This document shows, piece by piece, positions 39,557 through 48,863 of a stretch of DNA of 64,000 bases (position 1 is its first letter; each line of letters begins with the position of its first letter). The stretch lies in contig CBDCDC010000002.1 in assembly GCA_965215195.1 (NCBI GenBank), forward strand, positions 2,272,001-2,336,000, read 5' to 3'. Made by a program: the position numbers and the translations under genes. This DNA comes from Candidatus Latescibacterota bacterium. Lineage in GTDB: Bacteria > Latescibacterota > UBA2968 > UBA8231. The notes beneath the pieces are model-generated. The model saw only the letters and a list, made by a program, of their open reading frames with translations, was not told where the DNA came from and searched no databases.

Positions 39557-39824
39557 GCGAATCCGAACGACTGCCAACGTGGGTCCATGAACGCCCCTAC
39601 AACTATTGCAGAGACAAGCGATGGGCTAAATATAGTCAATCTCAGCCGCAGCACAAGCAACTAATTCGCCTGCCGCCGAGCCGTCAAACCCACCCCGTCC
39701 TCTCTACTCATTGGTTTGGAATTGGCACTGCGGCCTTTATATTAAAGGAATTCGCAACCGGATAGACGGCGCCAATCCCGTTTATCCCGTCCATCCACGT
39801 CGCACCAATGGAGATAAATGGCCC

Positions 39825-40544
39825 ATGAGCGCAACCGGACCGGGGTTTGCCACCGAAGACCTGAGCCTCTTTACGCGGATACAGCGCGTGTTTTACGCGC
39901 CGCGCACGGCTTTTGCCGCAGTGCGCGGCCAAGAGAGCGCGCACGACTGGTTGCTGCCGGCGCTCCTCGTTTGCGCGGTGGGGATTGGTGCCTATCACCT
40001 GACCCTCGACGTAGGGGCACCGGCCGTACAGCAGCTAGAGGGCTTGGACGAGGCCGAGCGACAGCGCCTAGAGGCGTTCCAAGCGCATGGCTGGATGGTG
40101 ATCCCGGTGGGGCTTTTTTCTTCTTTAGTCGTGGTTGGGGGCGTGCTTTTGGCGCTGGCGCGCTCCGTTTTCCAAGCCGAGGTCAGCTACCGGCAAATGC
40201 TGGTAGTGAAAGCCTATGCAGCGTTGGTGGTGGCTGTCGAGTGGGCAGTGCGGGCGGTGCTGGTGCTGACAACCGGCGACCTTGAGGCACATCTGGGGCT
40301 GGGCCTCTTTCTGTCCGAGGAGGCTGCCGCCACGTTTGGCGGCCGGGTGCTCGTGGCCCTCAACCCCTTTGACCTGTGGCAGATTGGGATCATGGGCGTC
40401 GGGTTGAGTGCGCTGGCCGACGCGCCCGTGCGCAGGGCGACTCTCGCGCTTGGGCTTCTGTGGCTGTTCTGGCTAGTCGGCGGGGTAGCCATCGAGACCA
40501 TCGGCCAAAACGCACCCCCGCCGCCCAGTGCCCTCCCTTTGTAA
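39825..40544 (+). CDS. YIP1-family membrane protein
   Basis: RVFYAPRTAF..DWLLP, SYRQML, NPFDLW; several TM helices. Confidence 0.8.
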   Translation: MSATGPGFATEDLSLFTRIQRVFYAPRTAFAAVRGQESAHDWLLPALLVCAVGIGAYHLTLDVGAPAVQQLEGLDEAERQRLEAFQAHGWMVIPVGLFSSLVVVGGVLLALARSVFQAEVSYRQMLVVKAYAALVVAVEWAVRAVLVLTTGDLEAHLGLGLFLSEEAAATFGGRVLVALNPFDLWQIGIMGVGLSALADAPVRRATLALGLLWLFWLVGGVAIETIGQNAPPPPSALPL

Positions 40545-40631
40545 GCGTTTTGGGCGCGAATGCGCCGATTCTAAGCGTTTTTACACGACAGTAACTATTT
40601 TGGATTCTAATGCGCCGGTTCTAAGCGTTTT
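40542..40631 (+). repeat. Direct repeats upstream of the Fic-like remnant
   Basis: AATGCGCCG(A/G)TTCTAAGCGTTTT at 40559 and 40609 (50-bp period), plus the core TAAGCGTTTT at 40542. Confidence 0.75.
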
Positions 40632-40645
40632 ACAGGATCGAGCCC

Positions 40646-40897
40646 ATGCCTAACGAGGAACGCCGCCCCATTGGCCACGCTTGGCTCAGGCGAGAACTAG
40701 CTTTAGCGGTTCCTCGGCCAGCAACCGAGAGCTACGTCGTGGCCGGCAGCCGGCGAACCGAAGTACGCGGATCGCGCATCGTCGAGCTATATCCTCGACA
40801 ATATGCCACCGACGAGTCGGTCGCGTCGCACATCCGATTCGCACTGCGCCGCGAACCGGTGGATCTCGCCGTGCTGGTGGCAGCCTTCAAGGCCAAG
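40646..40897 (+). pseudogene. N-terminal fragment of a Fic-family protein fused in frame to the downstream hydrolase
   Basis: IGHAWLRRELAL.VP.P...YPRQY..D.S...HIRFALRREPVDLAVL resembles N-termini of long Fic proteins; no Fic catalytic motif follows. Confidence 0.6.
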
Positions 40898-42142
40898 GTG
40901 CTCTTAACGCTCGCTAGTTTCGCGGCCTTTGCGCTCTTCATCTATCCCGCTGCTGTCCGCGGAGACCGAGGAACCTTGCTCGAAGCCTTGTTGCTTCCCA
41001 ATCCCATCTGCGCACCCGTGCTCTCGGCCGTTGCCAAGCACGAATTACAGATCCTCTATACGCAAATCGACCGCGACGCCGACAGCCGGCCGCGTTTTAC
41101 TCGGCACGAGTACCGCGTCAATCCGCAGGATTATTTTTATCCGGCCAGTGCGATCAAGCTGGCAGGGGCCCTGCTGGCGTTGGAAAAGCTCAATCAACTG
41201 GGCATTGCGGGCGTGGACCGGCATACGCCCGTCCGCATCGACAGCGCGTATAGCGGGCAGACCGCGGTGCGCGAAGACCCGACCGCACCGGATGGTCTGC
41301 CCACAATCGCCCACTACATCCGCAAGCTCTTCGCCGTCAGCGACAACGACGCGTACAACCGGCTCTACGAGTTTGTAGGACAGCAGCGGATGAACGAAGG
41401 GCTGTGGGAGAAGGGATACTGGGATGTGCGCCTGACGCACCGACTTGCCATGGTGCGCTCACCCGAGGAAAACCGGCACACGAACCCGCTGGCGTTCTAC
41501 CAAGGCGACCAAATCCTCTACCGGCAGCCGATGCTGGTCAATCCGCATACGTGGCGCGCACCCGCGCCGATTCTCAAAGGCGAGGGACACATCCAAGGCG
41601 GAGCGTTGGTGGCCGCGCCCAAGGATTTCGCTGGGTCGAACTACATGGCGATGGAAGTGTTACAAGACCTACTGGTGGCGGTGTTTTTCCCCGAGGAGTT
41701 GCCCGCAGAACGGCGCTTCGATCTGCGGCCCGACGACTACCGCTTCCTCTACCGCGCCATGTCCATGTTGCCGCGCCAGTGTCCCCACTCCCAATACGAC
41801 CCGGAGCGGTACTACGACAGCTACGCGAAGTTTTTCCTGTTCGGCGACCGCAAGGAACCCATGCCCGAGTCGGTGCGAATCTTCAACAAGGTGGGGTTGG
41901 CCTATGGGTATGTGACCGACAACGCCTATGTCGTCGACTTTGAGCGCGGGGTTGAGTTTTTGCTAACGGCCGTGGTGCTGGTAAACGAGAACGGCATTTT
42001 TAACGACGGGGTCTACGAATACGACGAGGTGGGGTTGCCGTTTCTGGCCGAACTGGGTCGGGTCATCTACGCGTACGAGTTAGAGCGCAAACGAGCGCAT
42101 CGGCCGGATTTGAGCAAGTGGAGGGTCAACTACGGGCCATAG
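40898..42142 (+). CDS. Class A beta-lactamase-like serine hydrolase, probably secreted
   Basis: Signal-like VLLTLASFAAFALFIYPAAVRG; FYPASAIKL (SxxK), SDNDAYN, FNKVGLAYG. Confidence 0.8.
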   Translation: MLLTLASFAAFALFIYPAAVRGDRGTLLEALLLPNPICAPVLSAVAKHELQILYTQIDRDADSRPRFTRHEYRVNPQDYFYPASAIKLAGALLALEKLNQLGIAGVDRHTPVRIDSAYSGQTAVREDPTAPDGLPTIAHYIRKLFAVSDNDAYNRLYEFVGQQRMNEGLWEKGYWDVRLTHRLAMVRSPEENRHTNPLAFYQGDQILYRQPMLVNPHTWRAPAPILKGEGHIQGGALVAAPKDFAGSNYMAMEVLQDLLVAVFFPEELPAERRFDLRPDDYRFLYRAMSMLPRQCPHSQYDPERYYDSYAKFFLFGDRKEPMPESVRIFNKVGLAYGYVTDNAYVVDFERGVEFLLTAVVLVNENGIFNDGVYEYDEVGLPFLAELGRVIYAYELERKRAHRPDLSKWRVNYGP

Positions 42143-42154
42143 ATGCCGACCGCT

Positions 42155-43165
42155 TCAGCCCACTTCCACCCCCTGCACCCCAAATACTTCCCGCAAAAAA
42201 TTCTCGCCCATCCGCACGTAGCCGGTGGCGTCTGGATGGAGGTTATCGGGCAGGTACTCGGCGAGGCTTTCGTCGAAGAGCTTGAGACCGTCTATGTAAT
42301 AGATGTTGTCGTCGCCGCGCCTTTTGAACGCTTCCACAGCTTCCGCAACCTCAACCCGCATCTGTTCCAAGGTCAGGCCGACCGCATTGGGCGTGGTCTC
42401 GCGGTCGTGACCCCAAATCGGCGAACAGACCGCAAACGGGGTGTGGGGATGGCCGTCGCGGATCGTGGCAATGGTGCCGAGGACGGCCGGGCGGAAGGCA
42501 CGCGGCCCGAGGCTGGCCGCGCCGTAGATGTTGATGCCGATCTTGACCGAGACAAAGTCGGTCGGCAGGTCGCGGATCAGCCGGGCGATGAACGGGTCGG
42601 CGTGGCACTGGCCGCCGTAGCCCAGCGACGTGAGGTTGAAATTCTGGGCGCGAGCTACCACCCCGGGCCAAGTGGTGGCGGGCGATCCGGCGCTGCGGCA
42701 ATGGGTGATGGAGCTGCCATAGGCAACCCACTTCAGCCGCGTGTCTTCGCTTTTTTCGCTGCGCGCTCCCTCGGGCAATGCAATGTGGCGCAGGGCAACG
42801 GGCATGGCCGGCGACAGCCAAATCTCCACGGATTTCTCGCCCGCCGGCAAGCCCTCGAAGCGGACCTCAGTCGCGCCGGCCACAGGCGAAGCCGTAGCCG
42901 CGATCTGCCCGCTGATGCACAGGTCAAAGTTGCCGTCCTCGGCCAGCGGCTCGCAGCCGACGACTAGTGCCTCGGCGTCGGTGGCCAAGCGGACGCGCAC
43001 ACCCGAAGGCATCTCAGCCCGCCCGGCCAAGCCGCTCTCCCCGGGCGAGTACAGGTCCGTATCCTCATAGGGAATGCGCCAAGGCTTGACCCAGCCCGGC
43101 CCCTGTTCGAGCGACAGGGTGCCGCTCCAAGTCAGGCGGGGGTCAGCAGCAGGAATGACGGGCAT
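42155..43165 (-). CDS. SGNH/GDSL hydrolase
   Basis: YGSSITH, LGYGGQC, IGIN, DNLHPD. Confidence 0.9.
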   Translation of the reverse strand: MPVIPAADPRLTWSGTLSLEQGPGWVKPWRIPYEDTDLYSPGESGLAGRAEMPSGVRVRLATDAEALVVGCEPLAEDGNFDLCISGQIAATASPVAGATEVRFEGLPAGEKSVEIWLSPAMPVALRHIALPEGARSEKSEDTRLKWVAYGSSITHCRSAGSPATTWPGVVARAQNFNLTSLGYGGQCHADPFIARLIRDLPTDFVSVKIGINIYGAASLGPRAFRPAVLGTIATIRDGHPHTPFAVCSPIWGHDRETTPNAVGLTLEQMRVEVAEAVEAFKRRGDDNIYYIDGLKLFDESLAEYLPDNLHPDATGYVRMGENFLREVFGVQGVEVG

Positions 43166-43177
43166 GGAAAATCCTCC

Positions 43178-44014
43178 TCAGCCGGTGCGCGGCCGAATCA
43201 CGGTTTCGCCGTCGGGTTCGACCAGGGGCCGGTTGTAGATGTAGGGGGGTTCGAGGACCGCTTGTTGCGCCTCGGTCAGCTCGCCGACCCATGCGGGTTG
43301 GCTGGTCTGGTAAGTGCCGCCGGCAAAGTGCAGGTACTTGGGCGAGTAGCGGTAGAGCAGGGAGCGTCGCTCGTGCTCGGCCTTCCAAGGGAGCGTACCG
43401 TGCAGGGTCGCCTCGTTGAAAATGACCATGTCGCCGGCCTTACAGGGGACGTTGTACACGATCTCGCGGTGCTCCTGCCAGTGGCGGATCTTTTCCGGCA
43501 GCGGGAAATTCGCCTTGTGACTGCCCGGGATCACGCACAACCCACCGTCGCCCTCCTTGACGGCGGCGAGCTGGAACTGGCAGACGATCATGCCGCAGCG
43601 CATCTGGTCGTTGGCATAAGCGTAGTATTGGGCGCCGTTGAAGTGGCGGCTAGTCGAGCCGTGGAGGATTAGGCCCTCGGCTCCCTTGCCGCCGCAGAGC
43701 ATAAAGGGCGAGTGGTCCATCTTCCAGCCGCGGCCAAAGAGCGCGTCGAGATAGGGGATGAGTTTTTTGTGCGCCAACAGGGTGCGGAAGGGCCGGCAGT
43801 GGGGTTTTTCCCATTCGAGCATCCCCGTGAAGATACCGCGCCGCCTACCTTCGAGCGCGTCGCTGCCGCCGGTGTTGTGGTTGCCGTCTTCGCCGCGCTT
43901 GTCTTCATTGGCGTCAAAGGCCGCGTTGAGTGCATCAACTTCGGCAGGGGTGAGGAAATCGGGGACCTTCAGGAAGCCCTGTAAGTCGAAGAGAAATTTT
44001 TCCGTGTCGTTCAT
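43178..44014 (-). CDS. PhyH-family dioxygenase, HxS variant
   Basis: FLFDLQGFL, LILHGS, GGLCVIPGSHKAN, TLHGTLPW..RRSLLYRY. Confidence 0.88.
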   Translation of the reverse strand: MNDTEKFLFDLQGFLKVPDFLTPAEVDALNAAFDANEDKRGEDGNHNTGGSDALEGRRRGIFTGMLEWEKPHCRPFRTLLAHKKLIPYLDALFGRGWKMDHSPFMLCGGKGAEGLILHGSTSRHFNGAQYYAYANDQMRCGMIVCQFQLAAVKEGDGGLCVIPGSHKANFPLPEKIRHWQEHREIVYNVPCKAGDMVIFNEATLHGTLPWKAEHERRSLLYRYSPKYLHFAGGTYQTSQPAWVGELTEAQQAVLEPPYIYNRPLVEPDGETVIRPRTG

Positions 44015-44812
44015 TTAATAATACGTCTCCGCGTTGTGTACCGGATCGTAGCCGACTTCGCGCCGGGGCGTTTCAATGTCAAAGATGTTGTAGGTGTTGT
44101 CCGAGATGGCAAAGTAATGCGCGCCGCTGGGCAGGTCGCCGGCGCAATGCCGCTGGAAGCAGGCGTGGACCAAGCGGGCGGCGTCCTCTTGGTGGCACCA
44201 GACCGCGAAGTACCCGCGCTCGGCTGCCAAGGGATCGTTTTGGGCGTTGACGCCGCCCCAGCGCATGGCAATGGCACTGTGGCCCTCGTCGGCGACCTTT
44301 TGCACCCACTCCTCCACGTAGGCTTTTTCGCGTCCGTAGTCGTTGATCGGATGCGCGGGCACGGCTGCGGAAATCCGCTCGGGCCAATGGGTTATTTTGT
44401 CGAAGCGCCGCTCGGCCAAGGTCCAATAGAAGCCCTCCGCGTGAAAGTCGTATAGCCCATCAACCGCGTGAACCGAACTGGAGCCGACGATCATCGGCGG
44501 GTCGTCTTGGGCCAACACTGCTTCAAATACCAAATCGGTCATCCGGTTCATGGCCTCCAAGCCGCCACCGCGGGCCAGATAGACGATCAAGTCGCACCCG
44601 GGGATCAGGGCGCGAAAGGCATCCGGCGACTCCACAATATCGAGGTCGATAAAATCCCCTCCGGCATCCGGCTCGGTCGCCTTATCTGGCGCATTAGGCA
44701 AATCCACAGAAACCATGCAGTAGCGCGGGTCGCACCGCGGCATATAGGTCCGCAAGCCCGAGCCAATTGTGCCGCGCCCGCCAATGAGCAAAACCTTGTA
44801 TTCTGACGCCAT
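44015..44812 (-). CDS. NAD-dependent epimerase/dehydratase family protein
   Basis: IGGRGTIG, SSSVHAV, YGREK. Confidence 0.85.
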   Translation of the reverse strand: MASEYKVLLIGGRGTIGSGLRTYMPRCDPRYCMVSVDLPNAPDKATEPDAGGDFIDLDIVESPDAFRALIPGCDLIVYLARGGGLEAMNRMTDLVFEAVLAQDDPPMIVGSSSVHAVDGLYDFHAEGFYWTLAERRFDKITHWPERISAAVPAHPINDYGREKAYVEEWVQKVADEGHSAIAMRWGGVNAQNDPLAAERGYFAVWCHQEDAARLVHACFQRHCAGDLPSGAHYFAISDNTYNIFDIETPRREVGYDPVHNAETYY

Positions 44813-45038
44813 GCAATTCCTCCTTGCGTGGGGGCAAACCTAAGCGACGGCCCGCCGATTGACCAGCCTTTCCGGCACAGTGGCCGCTGATTCAGTTCGT
44901 CCCGATGAACGCGCCACTGAGGCATGAACCCTGGTCGCGGAGCTGACGGCGCTTGTAACCTACTAACACCTCTTTCGATAGCGCACAGTGCCCATTGTCC
45001 CTTCCCTTACTACCCGACACCAGCCCTCAGCCTGCCAA

Positions 45039-45157
45039 GGATCGAGGGCATCTTGCCCTCGTCGAGGGCGGGACGCCCTCGATCCCGCACCCAGCGGAAA
45101 CAGCAGAAAAGGCGTACTCAAAGTAAGGGGCGCCTACTTTAGGTGGCGTGTACTAAG
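45039..45157. repeat. REP-like hairpin doublet plus right end of the IS4-like MITE family
   Basis: GGATCGAGGGCATCTTGCCCTCG-T-CGAGGGCGGGACGCCCTCGATCC, then CCCAGCGGAAAC (shared with the other MITE copies) and TIR GTGGCGTGTACTAAG at 45143-45157. Confidence 0.7.
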
Positions 45158-45173
45158 GTCCCTTCCTCACTAT

Positions 45174-46436
45174 TCATCGTCTGCACCTTCCCTTCGGCTC
45201 CTCTCCAGTTCCTCGGCGCAGCGTCAACCGCAAGTAGTCCTCGGTCGCCTCAAACTCCGGGTCGACGCCGTTGTGCGCCCGCATCAACGGAATGATCTTG
45301 TTCCGCACCCCCATGCCGCGTGCATCGGAATAGCTGTAGTCCCGCAACGTCTCGGAGATGAGCAGATTGCGCGGAACCCGTTGGCCAGCGATCATCTTTT
45401 CGACCGTCATGCCGTTTTGTAGCGCACCGGGGCTGAGTATCTCTATCCGGTCCGCATAACGGACCACCTCAATTTGCTCGTACCGCGTCCAGTCTCGATG
45501 CGTTAGCGCGTTGACAACCCCTTCGCGCAGCGCTTCGAGCGGATAGTGCCAGCGTCGCTCCCGGCGCATGGACTCTTCTACTTGGCTAGCTTCCTTGGAT
45601 ACGAACGGCCGCATCGCATCGGCAAGGCGTTCGATCAGCCCCTTTTCCACCAGTTCACGCCCCCCCGACAGCACCTGCCAAAGACCGACGAGCGGCCCTT
45701 CAATGACTTGATCGTCAAGGGCTGCGTAGGTTTTTTCCTCGCCCTCAAAGCACATCCAGCGGATGCCGGCATGGCGCAACAGGCGGCGCGGCCGATAGCC
45801 GAACAAGATCAAACCAGCGATTGTACAGGCGGGCGGGCCGTCTTCCCGCTCGGTCATGAATCCCAGCGCACAAAGCCGCTCGCCCCACGCCGCATCAGTC
45901 TCTGGCACTTCCCAGTCGCCGACGATCGCGGTGAGGTAGTCGGCCAGCCGTTCCCGACTCAAATCGCACAAGCCGCTGCCAGAAACGGGCAATAGCTCGG
46001 TGTGAATCAGCCCACCGGCAGCGAAAAGCCGTGCCTGCTGCTCGCGTGAAGCCAGCCGCGAGGTGCTGCCGATCCGTACGTAGATGTCTTCCCTGCCGCG
46101 ATACCGGACGACGTAGGGTTTGGTGGCACCTTGCGTAACGGTGACAACCGCGACGCGGCGTACATCATCTAGCGGAATCTCCTCGTAGAACGGCAGGATC
46201 ATTGGATGCACCGTGCGCCCAAACACAGAATCCATCACCCACTGTTCGAGATCGTCTCTCTGGATGCCAGTGATGGTGCCGTCGTCTTCCACGCCAAGAA
46301 GGACGCGCCCCCCCTGAAAGTTGGCGAGCGCCACCACTTCCCGTGCGAGTTGCTCTGGACGCAAATCGTCTCGCTTGAACTCCACTCCAGAGTTCTCGCC
46401 CCCGGCTATCAGTTCGAGAAGTTCCGAGCGCTTCAT
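45174..46436 (-). CDS. AlbA_2/Schlafen-like domain + HATPase_c_4 (RecG C-terminal-like) protein
   Basis: GENSGVEFK, ALANFQGG.VLLGVEDDG, ALREGVVNALTHRD, SPG.L, RN..I, GMGV. Confidence 0.88.
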   Translation of the reverse strand: MKRSELLELIAGGENSGVEFKRDDLRPEQLAREVVALANFQGGRVLLGVEDDGTITGIQRDDLEQWVMDSVFGRTVHPMILPFYEEIPLDDVRRVAVVTVTQGATKPYVVRYRGREDIYVRIGSTSRLASREQQARLFAAGGLIHTELLPVSGSGLCDLSRERLADYLTAIVGDWEVPETDAAWGERLCALGFMTEREDGPPACTIAGLILFGYRPRRLLRHAGIRWMCFEGEEKTYAALDDQVIEGPLVGLWQVLSGGRELVEKGLIERLADAMRPFVSKEASQVEESMRRERRWHYPLEALREGVVNALTHRDWTRYEQIEVVRYADRIEILSPGALQNGMTVEKMIAGQRVPRNLLISETLRDYSYSDARGMGVRNKIIPLMRAHNGVDPEFEATEDYLRLTLRRGTGEEPKGRCRR

Positions 46437-46629
46437 CGCACCGTTCCACAATCTATCGTCAGCCCCATCCGCTGGCGGCGGCGAGGCTTGGGGCGAGGCT
46501 TCGGCGGTCTCCCTCCTTTTGGGGATCCACTACCACGTTTTTTAGCCATATTGCTTAGTACCAATGCTGTGGACATTTTTTCTGTGACCAGCCAATTCAA
46601 GAAAGCGCCCCGCAAACATCAATATGTAG

Positions 46630-46658
46630 TTGACAACTATTTTTAGCCCCAATAGATT
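46630..46658 (+). promoter_or_regulatory. Sigma70-type promoter of zapA
   Basis: TTGACA-17 bp-TAGATT. Confidence 0.6.
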
Positions 46659-46703
46659 GATTACTCGCCACGTGGTTAGCACACAATTATCCCAAAAAAT
46701 CTC

Positions 46704-47033
46704 ATGTCGCAACAACAGCCCATCGCGGTCCGCATCTACAATCAGACCTATCACCTCGTCAACAGCGAGGACCAAGACCCCGAGTACATTCGGCTCGCCG
46801 CAGCCTATCTCGACGAGAAGATGCAGCAGACCGCCGCTAGGGTCGGGTCCCGCGCCCCGCTCGACATCGCCATCTTAGCCGCGCTCGATATCGCCGAAGA
46901 AGTGATCGGCGCTCGCCAGCACAAGGACGCACTGCTCAACAGAGCCGATGCCCGCATCGACTCCTTCACCCAGTTGCTATCCGACGATCCCATCACCACA
47001 GACACCCCCTCCACCGACGCCAAGCGGTTCTGA
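46704..47033 (+). CDS. zapA: Cell division protein ZapA
   Basis: VRIYNQTY.L, EYIRLAAAYLDEKM, IAILAALDIA. Confidence 0.9.
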   Translation: MSQQQPIAVRIYNQTYHLVNSEDQDPEYIRLAAAYLDEKMQQTAARVGSRAPLDIAILAALDIAEEVIGARQHKDALLNRADARIDSFTQLLSDDPITTDTPSTDAKRF

Positions 47034-47040
47034 TTCCCTT

Positions 47041-48780
47041 CTATATATAGTACTGGATTTCCCGCTCCCTAGACTCTCGGGAGTGAGGCACATTGAGCGG
47101 ACACCGCGCCTTGTAATCGGGATGGAGTTGCGCCCACAGGAACTCGAGCGCGTGTTGATTCCAGTGAAAAAAGTGATCGCGGCCAATCTGCTCCATCAGC
47201 CCCGACCGCTCCAGCGCGTCGGTAAGCTGCCGTTTGGCCCGCGTGAAGTACAGGTCCAGCCCAACTTCGCGCAGGCGTTCAACCACGTTGCGCAGCGCCT
47301 GTTCGCCCGAAGCGTCGATCCGGTTGATCCCGTCCGCATCGAGAATTAAGTACTTCAGCTCGGGTGCCCAAGCGATCGTTTCGAGCACCTTGTCCTCAAA
47401 ATAACGGCCAGACCCAAAGTACAGTTGGCCGTCAAAGCGCATAATCGCGATCTGCTGATCCGGCCGCAGGCCCGCGTCGCTTTCGCGCATGGTGCCGTCG
47501 AGGTGCCGGGCGAGAAAAACCACGCGGGGCCGCATGGTGCGGTAGAAGTTGAGCACCAGCGAGGCGCCCACGCCGAGGGCAACCCCCAAGTGCAGGTCCG
47601 GTGCCAAGACCAGCGTAGCGACAAAAGTCGCCGCCCCAATCAACCCGTCGTGGGCTTTAATGCGCCAAGCGGTCAAGAGGGGCTGGATGCGCACCAAGCC
47701 GCACACCGCGGCGATGATGACAATGGCGAGGGTGGCTTGGGGCAGATAGTACAACAGCGGCGTGAGCCAAAGCAGGGTCGCGGCGATGACCAGCGACGCC
47801 ACGACCGAGGCAAAACCCGTCCGCGCCCCGCTTTGGTAGTTGACGGCCGACCGCGAAAACGAACCCGAAGTCGCATAGCTTTGGAAAAGCCCGCCGACCA
47901 GATTGGCCATGCCTTGGCCGATGAGTTCCCTATTGATATCGAGATGCTGCCGCGTCCGGGCGGCAAGGGTCTTGGCAATGGCCATGGCCTCCATCAGGCC
48001 GAGCAGGGTCAAGGTCAAGGCCCCCGCAAAGAGCTGGGATAGGATCTCCGCGTCTAGGGCCGGCAGCAAGGGCCGCGGCAAACCGCGCGGGATCTCGCCG
48101 ACCACTTCCCCGCTAAACCCGACCAGCCAAGAAACGAGCGTGGTGACCGCCAGCGTCGTCAACATGCTCGGCAACTCCCAGCGCACGCGGCGCAAAACCA
48201 CCAGCAGGCCCCCGGCCAACGCCGCCATCCCCAGCGTCGGCCAATGGACCTCAAACAGCGCCACGTCGATGACGCGAAGGGCCGCCAGCAAATGCCCCCC
48301 CGGCTGGGGTGCCACACCGAACACCTTGTGCAATTGGGAGATGGCAATGATAAAGGCCGCGGCATTGGTAAAGCCGACGACCACCGGGCTGGACAGCAGG
48401 TCGATCAGCAAGCCCAACCGCAACGCGCCCAAGGCGATCCGTATCAGGCCGACGAGTAAGCCCAAGGCCAGCGAATAGGCGATATATAGCTCGCCGCCCG
48501 CCGGGGCGAGCCCCTGCACGGTCGTCGCGCTGATGAGCGAAGCTATGGCCACCGGGCCAGTGGACAAATGCCGGGAAGAGCCAAAGAGAGCGGCTACGGC
48601 CGGCGGCAGAAAGGCCGCGTACAGCCCATAGACCGGCGGCAGCCCGGCCAGCTCGGCGTAGGCCATGGCTTGGGGCACGAGGATCGTCGCCACAGTGAGG
48701 CCCGCGACCACATCGGCGCGCAAGACGCCCGGCTGGCCGAGTTCGGGCAACCAGTGGATAAATGGAAAAAATCGCTTCAT
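47041..48780 (-). CDS. sulP: SulP anion permease with STAS domain
   Basis: ADVVAGLTVA..VPQAMAYA.LAGLPPVYGLY, GSFSRSAVN, STAS RFDGQLYF, IDASG. Confidence 0.93.
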   Translation of the reverse strand: MKRFFPFIHWLPELGQPGVLRADVVAGLTVATILVPQAMAYAELAGLPPVYGLYAAFLPPAVAALFGSSRHLSTGPVAIASLISATTVQGLAPAGGELYIAYSLALGLLVGLIRIALGALRLGLLIDLLSSPVVVGFTNAAAFIIAISQLHKVFGVAPQPGGHLLAALRVIDVALFEVHWPTLGMAALAGGLLVVLRRVRWELPSMLTTLAVTTLVSWLVGFSGEVVGEIPRGLPRPLLPALDAEILSQLFAGALTLTLLGLMEAMAIAKTLAARTRQHLDINRELIGQGMANLVGGLFQSYATSGSFSRSAVNYQSGARTGFASVVASLVIAATLLWLTPLLYYLPQATLAIVIIAAVCGLVRIQPLLTAWRIKAHDGLIGAATFVATLVLAPDLHLGVALGVGASLVLNFYRTMRPRVVFLARHLDGTMRESDAGLRPDQQIAIMRFDGQLYFGSGRYFEDKVLETIAWAPELKYLILDADGINRIDASGEQALRNVVERLREVGLDLYFTRAKRQLTDALERSGLMEQIGRDHFFHWNQHALEFLWAQLHPDYKARCPLNVPHSRESREREIQYYI

Positions 48781-48863
48781 GCGTTCGCTAGAGGTAGGTT
48801 GACACCCAGTCGGCGGCCAGCGTACACTTAGCGGACTATCCACCTCGACAGCAGGAGTGCCGC

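Noticed and set aside
40542-40631. 23-bp repeats with a 27-bp spacer as a mini-CRISPR
   Set aside because: Two full units only, not clearly palindromic, no leader or cas genes
47033-47041. 6S RNA, which often follows zapA
   Set aside because: Only 7 bp separate zapA from the convergent SulP gene
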